In this document: positions 24,907 through 32,000 of the stretch, piece by piece | Position numbering within the stretch: the first letter of the stretch is position 1 | How the letters are laid out: every line of letters starts with the position of its first letter | NCBI RefSeq assembly: GCF_018398935.1 | Contig: NZ_CP074694.1 | Span: 1-32,000 of the forward strand | Reading direction: 5' to 3' | Length of the DNA stretch: 32,000 nt | DNA from: Telmatocola sphagniphila | Lineage (GTDB): Bacteria > Planctomycetota > Planctomycetia > Gemmatales > Gemmataceae | The notes under the pieces: model-generated | What the model saw: the letters and a program-made list of their open reading frames with translations, nothing else | Database searches by the model: none | What the model was told of the DNA's origin: nothing | Program-made: the position numbers and the translations under genes

Positions 24907-25875
24907 ATGTTCCTCTTATATCTTGATGCTTCTGGAACTCCGCAAGCTTCCGACCAGAACACCAAACACTACGTTTTGGTCGGTCTCGGGCTGAAAGAAT
25001 CGGATTGGTACAAGGCCGATTCCTCTCTCGGTTTAATCAAAAAGCGTTACCTGTATTCGAGTCAGGACATCAGTGAATTTGAGATTCACGTAAAGCAATT
25101 CGATTGCGATATTAAAGAGCAAAATGAGATTTCTGATTTCGAGAAGCTGTCCTACGAGGTGCGGCGCGAGAAGGTGCTCGAACTGCAACGCATCAAGATT
25201 GCCCGCGAACCCAAGCTAGAGCAAAAACTAAAGCGAATCAAACGATACAAGCAAACGGACCCCTACATTCATTTGAGCAGGACTGAGCGAACGAAACTTC
25301 TAGATGAAGTGCTGGAATTGATCAGCGGTCTCGACATCAAATTGTTTTCGGACGCAATAAGCAAATCGCATCCCTCCTTCATGAGCGGTTCGTTAGATCC
25401 AGTGAAAGGGGCTTTCACTCAGGTAGTAACTCGATTTGACAAGTTTCTGGATAACAGAGCAGTTTGGGAGGGTCGATATGCAGGTGAAGCTTACACGCAT
25501 TTTGGTATGTTGATTTTGGACAACGACGGCGCAACCGAACAGACGATTCACAACTTGTTTTTGGATTTTAGAAAACGTGGGCATCCCTTCGGGAAATTGA
25601 CCAAGGTAATCGATGTTCCATTCTTCGCGGAAAGTCATCAAGTGAGTGCACTTCAGCTGGCCGATGTTGTTGCAGCAGTAGTTCGCCGATATTTGGATAA
25701 AGGTGGGTTGTCGGGCAGCCGGGAAGAAGCCCGATTCCTGAAGCTATTCAAGTTTTTTGACAGAGACCCTTCTGGAAAACTTCATGGAATTCGACATTAC
25801 ATACCTGCGAAATCCTGTGACTGTCTTATTTGTCATGAACGTGGCCACGGACCTTTAGAACACGGAGTTAGCTAA
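24907..25875 (+). CDS. DUF3800 family protein with a C-terminal Cys/His knuckle
   Basis: N-terminal LYLDASGT and the late ESHQVSALQLADVVAAVVRRY match the DUF3800 hallmarks. The C-terminus is CDCLICHERGH. Confidence 0.7.
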   Translation: MFLLYLDASGTPQASDQNTKHYVLVGLGLKESDWYKADSSLGLIKKRYLYSSQDISEFEIHVKQFDCDIKEQNEISDFEKLSYEVRREKVLELQRIKIAREPKLEQKLKRIKRYKQTDPYIHLSRTERTKLLDEVLELISGLDIKLFSDAISKSHPSFMSGSLDPVKGAFTQVVTRFDKFLDNRAVWEGRYAGEAYTHFGMLILDNDGATEQTIHNLFLDFRKRGHPFGKLTKVIDVPFFAESHQVSALQLADVVAAVVRRYLDKGGLSGSREEARFLKLFKFFDRDPSGKLHGIRHYIPAKSCDCLICHERGHGPLEHGVS

Positions 25876-26046
25876 TAGCAGCCGCTTTTGAGCGGGAGTA
25901 GAAAGCGAAGGTCGTTCCCAGTTTAGCAAAATAAATCGCCAAGAAAAATATAGACGGTCTATAAGTTTTCTGGGTCCAATATCGCCCCTTTAAGCGATCC
26001 TGGAACTCTTAGCCAAGCAATAATCAGTTGTGCCCATTTCAACCCC

Positions 26047-29000
26047 TTAATGCGCCAAGCCTCCCGCGTACTTATTCGGCGCGCGGTTACCATAAAACGT
26101 GTATAGAACTGGCATTAAGTAGCGATCCACGAAAAGCGTGAGTATCATGCCGCCCACCACCACAATCGCCAGCGGTTTGGCCGTCTGAGCGCCGATCTTC
26201 GTCGACAGAGCGGCGGGGAGTAATCCCAAAATGGCCGTCATGGCGGTAATCATCACCGGTCGCACCCGCTTCCCGGCCCCTTGTACAATCGCCTCCTGCA
26301 AGGGTAGGCCCTGCAAGCGCAACGCATTGAAGTAAGAGATCATCAATAGGCCTTCCATGATCGCAATCCCAAACAGCGAGATAAAACCGACCGCCGCCGA
26401 CACGCTGAAAGTAGTACCGGTGAGATACAGAGCCCAGATGCCCCCCACGGCCACATCGAAAACGTTGGAGAAAATCACAATCGCATCCAGGAACGAACGG
26501 AACGCCATGTAAAGGAAGATGAAAATCAAAATCAAGGAGAAAGGTACAATCCACAAGAGCCGTCTTTGAGCGTCTTCCATCTGCTCGAATTCACCGGCCC
26601 ATACCATCCGATACGGAGACTGAATCAGATCCTTGGTTTTTTGTTGAGCTTCCTCGACCACGCTTCCCAGGTCCCGGCCGCGAACGCTGAATTTAATTGC
26701 GATGAGTCGTTTGCCTTGTTCGCGGAAGATGGCCGCAGCTCCGGCTCGCTCGAATTGTCCGTTCGGATCGGGAGCACCGTCCGGGCCGACCGGTGACACT
26801 AACTCCCGCAGCCGCAAACGAGGGGAATTGCTTAGTGGGTTGGCCGTGTTAGCGAGGCTGCCGGTGACTGACGGGGGCGGTAACGCATGGCCGGAAGCGC
26901 TGGGCGTGAAGCTGGAACCCTGCGGCAGAACCACCTGATTGTTCACGATATCGACGGGGATATCCAGGATTGATGATTCGTTGTTGCGCAGATTTAACGG
27001 CCAGCGAATCGAGATGTCGAACAGTTTTTCTCCTTCGACCATGCTCGACATCGCTTTGGCGCCGAGAGCACTGCTGACGACATTGTTGACGTCCGCCGTC
27101 ATGACGCCCCAACGCTGACACTTTTCGGGATCGACTCGGAACTCCAGGTGCGACTGGCCCATTTCGTGAATGACGCCGACATCTTCCATTCCAGGAATAT
27201 CCCGCAGCACGTTTTTGACTTTCTCAGCTAGAGATTCCAACTGCACGATATCGGGTCCGATGATCTTGACCGAGTTATCTCCTTTGAAACCGGAGAGGGC
27301 CTCCATCACGTTGTCGCGAATATTCTGCGAGAAATTCCAGACCACGCCGGGGATCTTGCGAGAGAATTCCTCGTTCATGCTCCTGATGACTTCGTCCTTG
27401 GTGCGGGCTCGCATTGGACCGTAAAGGATCGTTTTCCAGGTCGAGGTTTCTTCGATGATTTTGGGCCAGTCTTTGCGCGGCCGCATCGGCACGAAGTATT
27501 CGGTGTTTTCGTAGCCCTCGATATCGGTGCCATCGTCGGGCCGGCCGGACTGAGTAACGATCGATTCGACTTCGGGATAGGAAGCGATGATCAGACGGGC
27601 TTGTTTGGCGATCTGGATGTTGCGTTCCAGGGTCTGATTGAGGGGACCGGTGCTGCGAATCCAGAGATTGCCTTCCTCCAATTCGGGCATGAATTCGTGG
27701 CCGAGATGGGGAATGAGTGTGGCCGTGTAGACAATCAGTGAAGTCATCAAAAATAGGGTCATCCAGCGATATTTCAGGCAGAGCTTGAGCTGGAAGATAT
27801 AGCGGGCTTTCAGGAAGCGCACCAGGAAGTTTTCGCGGACCGGCTTCAAGTTCTTGAAGAAGATCATGCAGAGTACGGGCGTGAGAGTGAGCGTCAGAAG
27901 CAAGGCTCCGGCCAGCGAAAACGCGTAGGTCTGGGCCATGGGTCGGAAGAGTTCTCCCTCCGCACCGGACATGGTGAACAGTGGCACGAACGCGCAGACC
28001 ATGATTAATGTGGAGAAGAGCAGCGCGTTATCGATTTCGGTGACGAACTTGAGAATGCGATCCTTGATCGGCAGATCGGGATAATTTCCCGAGGCCAGGT
28101 TGCGGTAGATGTTCTCGACCATGATGACGGAAGAATCGACGATGATGCCGAAATCGACCGCACCGATCGAGAGCAGGTTGGCCGATTTGTCACGCAGAAA
28201 GAGCATCGAGAAAGCGAACAGCAGTGCCAGCGGAATGTTGACGGCAACTATCAGGGCCGTTTTGATGTTGCTGACGAACATGAAGAGGATGACGACGACC
28301 AGCAACACCCCCATGATCATATTTTCGCTGACCGTTTCGGTGGTGACGCTCAAGAGATCGGTGCGGTCGTAGTAGGGCTCAATGAAAACACCCGGTAGCC
28401 GTCGGCCGGATTCTGGATCATTGATCTCCTCGACCTTCTTTTTTACATCTTTCAGTGCGGGGAGTGTTTGTTCCCCTTTGCGCATCAGCACGATGCACTG
28501 CACCATGTCGGGTTCGTCGTGTCCGACCTCCAGAAGCGTTTCTTCGGAGCCCGGTTCTCGTTTGCGGTCGGCCTTCCAGTAACCCATCTGGCCGAGCCGG
28601 GTTTGATTACTGACGACCACTCCTTGTAAACCAATTAGGCCTGGGGAAACTCGGCCGCCGACCACCAGATCTTCCACGCGCACTGGCTGATTGTTGACCG
28701 AGGCAACCACCAAGGAGCGGATATCGCAAATCCGGCGATACTCCTCGTTTCGGAGAATGGCCGCGGCCTGATTGGGATCTTTAAGTCCGAGGACTTTATT
28801 CACCGGGTCCATGCCGCCACCGAATAACCCGACGCTACGAACGGTCAGTGCCACTTGGCCCTGATTGACGTAATCGCCACCGACGGTGGCGTTGCTATTT
28901 TGAATTGCATTTTGCAATTGGGACAGAGTAATGCCATAACGGCGTAACCGATCGGGATCGGCTTGTACCTCGTAGCGTCGGATCGTTCCGCCATAACTGG

Positions 29001-29550
29001 TGAGATCGACGACGCGCGGCACGGCCCGGAACTCCCGTTCCATCGTCCAGTCTTCCATCGCTTTCAAGTCGTTGAGTGTGTAGATCGGATTGCCGGCAGA
29101 GTTCTTGGGAGATGTTAAAACATAACGATAGATTTCACCCGTGGGGGACTCGGGAGAGATAGTTGGTTGCACGCCGGGAGGGAGCGGTTGCGAGATTGTG
29201 GCGATACGATTGATGACTTCCTGGCGGGCGGCTTCGTAAGTCCACTGGGATCCGTAGTTCCAGTTCATTTTCAAGTCGCTGAGGCCGAACAGCGACTTGC
29301 TGTGAATGAACTTCAGTCCCGGCATCCCGGCGAAGGTCACCTCAAGGGGAATCGTGACCTGCCGTTCGACTTCTTCTGCCGAGGCGCCAGGAAACTGGGC
29401 GTAAACTTCGACGATGGCAGGGGCCGGGTCGGGATACGCCTCGACGTTGACATTGAGGTAGGAATAGACCCCGATGCCGGCGAAGGCGAACGCCAGCAAA
29501 ATCACAATGATGGGATTTTCCAGAGACCAGGCGATCAGCTTGCGAATCAT
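26047..29550 (-). CDS. CusA/CzcA-family heavy-metal-type RND efflux permease
   Basis: 1167 aa with 12-TM RND architecture. N-terminus MIRKLIAWSLENPIIVILL. The TM4 motif AVDFGIIVDSSVIMVEN is HME-RND-like. Confidence 0.9.
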   Translation of the reverse strand: MIRKLIAWSLENPIIVILLAFAFAGIGVYSYLNVNVEAYPDPAPAIVEVYAQFPGASAEEVERQVTIPLEVTFAGMPGLKFIHSKSLFGLSDLKMNWNYGSQWTYEAARQEVINRIATISQPLPPGVQPTISPESPTGEIYRYVLTSPKNSAGNPIYTLNDLKAMEDWTMEREFRAVPRVVDLTSYGGTIRRYEVQADPDRLRRYGITLSQLQNAIQNSNATVGGDYVNQGQVALTVRSVGLFGGGMDPVNKVLGLKDPNQAAAILRNEEYRRICDIRSLVVASVNNQPVRVEDLVVGGRVSPGLIGLQGVVVSNQTRLGQMGYWKADRKREPGSEETLLEVGHDEPDMVQCIVLMRKGEQTLPALKDVKKKVEEINDPESGRRLPGVFIEPYYDRTDLLSVTTETVSENMIMGVLLVVVILFMFVSNIKTALIVAVNIPLALLFAFSMLFLRDKSANLLSIGAVDFGIIVDSSVIMVENIYRNLASGNYPDLPIKDRILKFVTEIDNALLFSTLIMVCAFVPLFTMSGAEGELFRPMAQTYAFSLAGALLLTLTLTPVLCMIFFKNLKPVRENFLVRFLKARYIFQLKLCLKYRWMTLFLMTSLIVYTATLIPHLGHEFMPELEEGNLWIRSTGPLNQTLERNIQIAKQARLIIASYPEVESIVTQSGRPDDGTDIEGYENTEYFVPMRPRKDWPKIIEETSTWKTILYGPMRARTKDEVIRSMNEEFSRKIPGVVWNFSQNIRDNVMEALSGFKGDNSVKIIGPDIVQLESLAEKVKNVLRDIPGMEDVGVIHEMGQSHLEFRVDPEKCQRWGVMTADVNNVVSSALGAKAMSSMVEGEKLFDISIRWPLNLRNNESSILDIPVDIVNNQVVLPQGSSFTPSASGHALPPPSVTGSLANTANPLSNSPRLRLRELVSPVGPDGAPDPNGQFERAGAAAIFREQGKRLIAIKFSVRGRDLGSVVEEAQQKTKDLIQSPYRMVWAGEFEQMEDAQRRLLWIVPFSLILIFIFLYMAFRSFLDAIVIFSNVFDVAVGGIWALYLTGTTFSVSAAVGFISLFGIAIMEGLLMISYFNALRLQGLPLQEAIVQGAGKRVRPVMITAMTAILGLLPAALSTKIGAQTAKPLAIVVVGGMILTLFVDRYLMPVLYTFYGNRAPNKYAGGLAH

Positions 29551-29590
29551 GTTTTGAGTTCCGGATTAACTGGCTTTGCCCGATCGAGGG

Positions 29591-31201
29591 TTAAGGCTTT
29601 GCCGCTTCCTTGGTATCCTTTTTCGCCTGCGATTCCAGCTTGATCAGAGTCGATTTCAATTCGCCGGTACCCGCGTAAACGACTCGCTCGCCCGGTTTAA
29701 GTTCTTCGCGGGGCAGCAGGCCATCCTCGGCCTCTTTTTCGGTCAGTTGTTCGTCTTTAGGAAATGGCTTGCTGCGGACAAAAACGGTTTTCTCATAGCG
29801 GTGCGTCACCTGCACCCGCCGCATGGTGTAGATCGGTTTGGATGGGTCCATCTGAACGAAGACCACGCTTTGATTTCCATCGTCGATCAGGGCATCGATA
29901 GGAATCTCCACAACGTCGGCCGGGGGCGACACTGGCACTGTCGCCGAGACATATTGTCCGGCCCTCAGTCGCAGACCCGGATTTTCCACATAGCCCTTGA
30001 TGACGGCCGTGTGCTGATTGGGATCAATCAGATAACCGATTTCGTCAATGTGACCGGGTAAGCCCGTTCCCGCATCCGCACCCGTGGTTCGAATCGACCA
30101 CTTGCGGCTATCCTGATTCAGAGCTTCCAGTGTGGGCAGTTGATCTTCCGGGGCATTGGCAATCACCAATAGCCGATTCACTTCGGCGACCTGGAACAAG
30201 TTCACGGTGTTGTCAACGACCATCTCATCGACGTGCAGATTGCGTTCCACGATGATGCCGTCGAAGGGCGCTCGCAGCGTTACCCGGCCCCAAGGATTTT
30301 CGCTCACCTTCACCTCGCCTTTGGCGTTTGTTTCGGCCTTCTCTCCTTTGACCCAACGCCCTTCCTTGGTCTTCAGCCAGGCGTTCTTATCGGCACTGAT
30401 TTTCTTGGCTTCGGCTTGCAGGGCATCGATGTCTTCTTGAGGAATGTCCCAGGCTTCGAGATTGTTGAGTGCGCGGTTGATGGCGTTGCGATCGCCCTGT
30501 ACGGCCCGAATCGCACCGAGCATGAAGACTTCGGGAACTGCTTCGCGATGCTCTTCGGATTGGTCGAGAATCTTCTGATCGAGTTCGAGTTGAACCAGGG
30601 CATCCAGCAGATCGTTTTTCTTGGAGCCGACGTCGACGCTGTAGAAAACGCCGAGCACATCGCCTTTGCGAACGTGATCGCCCGGTCGAAGTTCGCGAAA
30701 TTCTGTCTGGCCGGTCTTACGGTTGATGTCGGCCACCTGTCCGATTTCCACAACTCGGGCGGGAGCAAATCGGGCTCGAATACGAGCCAGTCGCGTAGGA
30801 TCGAGTGCGGTGGAACCGGGCAGCACCAGGGGTTTCATCAGGGTGGGGGCCTTGGCCACCTCGATCATCTCCTTATTCCCTTTGCGTATTCCCAGCACAG
30901 TGCGAACTTCCTCGGGGACTTCCAGGCTGTGCGGCCGGTCGGCGAACAAGGACACTCCCGTGGTGGGGGGCTCTGCCTCCGGTTTCTGTTTCGGCTCCAC
31001 TTTCTGTTTGGGTTCGCGGGCATGGAGGGGAATGCTCGGGAGTTGAATACCCAAGGAGAAGGCGAAAGCGCTTAGAACAACGCCGACCAGAATCAGGAAA
31101 AAGAATCCCTTGGCCAATCGCTGTCCCACAGCGAGTACAGGGGAACTTTGGGGAGCCGGAGCGATTTCCGGGCTGGGTGCGGGGGCGGGTGTCGCGGCCA
31201 T
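29591..31201 (-). CDS. efflux RND periplasmic adaptor (membrane fusion protein)
   Basis: 536 aa with an N-terminal TM helix. It has lipoyl and beta-barrel-type motifs (GDHVRKGDVLGVFYS; LRAPFDGIIVERNLHVDEMV). It lies 40 nt upstream of the RND permease on the same strand. Confidence 0.85.
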   Translation of the reverse strand: MAATPAPAPSPEIAPAPQSSPVLAVGQRLAKGFFFLILVGVVLSAFAFSLGIQLPSIPLHAREPKQKVEPKQKPEAEPPTTGVSLFADRPHSLEVPEEVRTVLGIRKGNKEMIEVAKAPTLMKPLVLPGSTALDPTRLARIRARFAPARVVEIGQVADINRKTGQTEFRELRPGDHVRKGDVLGVFYSVDVGSKKNDLLDALVQLELDQKILDQSEEHREAVPEVFMLGAIRAVQGDRNAINRALNNLEAWDIPQEDIDALQAEAKKISADKNAWLKTKEGRWVKGEKAETNAKGEVKVSENPWGRVTLRAPFDGIIVERNLHVDEMVVDNTVNLFQVAEVNRLLVIANAPEDQLPTLEALNQDSRKWSIRTTGADAGTGLPGHIDEIGYLIDPNQHTAVIKGYVENPGLRLRAGQYVSATVPVSPPADVVEIPIDALIDDGNQSVVFVQMDPSKPIYTMRRVQVTHRYEKTVFVRSKPFPKDEQLTEKEAEDGLLPREELKPGERVVYAGTGELKSTLIKLESQAKKDTKEAAKP

Positions 31202-31531
31202 GGGAACCTCAATTCAGTTGGCTCGAGTAAGCGTGTATCTCTGCGCGAAGTCTCTCCGAGAACGCTCCCAGGAAGCACCTGAGGCGATCGGGAACAACGC
31301 GAAAGACGTCAAAATCAATCAGAGAGAATGCGAATGCCGGTGCGAACGATCCGATCTTTCTTCGTGAGAAGTTACTGATCAATAATCCGCGGGCATTTCA
31401 CGAAAAGTATGTAAGGCAAGTTTCGTGCCGAAGGCTGTGGTGAGCGGAAGGGCCACTATTTCTCGGTAAATTTGATCGAGTATGAGTATGAAAGGATTTT
31501 ATGCTGGCGGAATGTGGTCGCCGGGAAATCA

Positions 31532-31560
31532 GGGTTGTGAGCGCGTCCCGGTCACAACCC
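31532..31560 (-). terminator. hairpin downstream of the outer-membrane protein gene
   Basis: GGGTTGTGA (31532-31540) pairs with TCACAACCC (31552-31560) around an 11-nt loop, 11 nt after the stop on the minus strand. The U-tract is weak. Confidence 0.4.
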
Positions 31561-31570
31561 CTGAGGCAAA

Positions 31571-32000
31571 TTAGAAGTGCAATACGGCTTGAAGAACAAA
31601 CCCTTGATTGGCGAGGTCGCCGCGGGAGGAGCCATTAATCAGACTGCCGACACTCCACCAGTATTCGTACTCGTAGCCAGCAAACAGACTGAATCCGGGG
31701 TTACTGGGAGAGGTCCAGTTCAGACCCAGCTGCAGATTAAGGATCGGGACATCGGTACCATCGTGAGATCGGTTCAGAGCCCAGAGTAAGGGACCGCCCG
31801 ACCCGTTGGTGGACAAGGCGGAATAACCCTGAGTGATTTTGCCCAGGTCGGTTGTGAAGTCGAGACGGCCCAGCACCGAGAACCCTGTATCCCCGATTTT
31901 TCGACTCATTTCCAACCCGGCGTGGGGGCCGACGGCAAACAGGCTATTTGTTTCCTGCAGGGAGGCGATTCCGGAGCCAGCCGCCGCCTGATTGATGGGC
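31571..32000 (-). CDS. outer-membrane beta-barrel protein (5' end outside the window)
   Basis: The frame is open to the window edge (I translated 31916-32000 and found no stop). It shows alternating beta-strand-like sequence, aromatic girdle residues and a C-terminal ...QAVLHF typical of OMP termini. Confidence 0.6.
   Translation of the reverse strand, partial: PINQAAAGSGIASLQETNSLFAVGPHAGLEMSRKIGDTGFSVLGRLDFTTDLGKITQGYSALSTNGSGGPLLWALNRSHDGTDVPILNLQLGLNWTSPSNPGFSLFAGYEYEYWWSVGSLINGSSRGDLANQGFVLQAVLHF

Noticed and set aside
26087-31230. Alternative-frame ORFs within the RND permease and adaptor genes (e.g. 26087-26554, 29167-30061, 30233-31075, 30805-31230)
   Set aside because: They are nested in long genes with unambiguous RND and membrane-fusion-protein motifs. 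No independent signals support them.
1-32000. CRISPR arrays, rRNA genes and large tandem repeats
   Set aside because: By eye I found no regularly spaced direct repeats and no rRNA-like conserved blocks. Apart from the IS inverted repeats and its CTAG target-site duplication, the only direct or tandem repeats are the short ones listed as features.

Overview
The window has four parts. (i) 1-15.27 kb is the right-hand part of a GC-rich siphovirus-like prophage. It runs head decoration/capsid, neck, tail tube, G/GT chaperone with a clear -1 frameshift signal, and a short tape measure. Then come a reverse-oriented membrane-protein moron, tail-tip/PKD-domain genes, and a lysis-like cassette built around a papain-type C1 cysteine peptidase. 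An intrinsic terminator at 15240-15269 closes it. (ii) 15.3-19.3 kb is a visibly AT-richer cargo block: an unknown 215-aa protein, a Cys-rich SIR2-like protein, a small ORF and an RCC1-repeat/PEP-CTERM surface protein. It ends at a truncated 3' half of tRNA-Cys(GCA) at 19509-19550, which I read as the element's attR. (iii) 19.7-25.9 kb is further accessory DNA. It holds a RES-toxin/Xre-antitoxin pair in toxin-first order, with the toxin inactivated twice (an in-frame TAA and an IS1380-family insertion with a CTAG target duplication). It also holds a secreted protein of unknown function and a DUF3800 protein. (iv) The rest is chromosomal backbone: a CusA/CzcA-type RND efflux pump, its adaptor and a beta-barrel outer-membrane protein. 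I saw no rRNA, intact tRNA or CRISPR array. The host may be Planctomycetota-like, but that is only a guess from the look of the proteins. The best candidates for something undescribed are the prophage-end SIR2-like locus and the protease-centred lysis cassette. All homology statements come from motif recognition by eye, not from searches.
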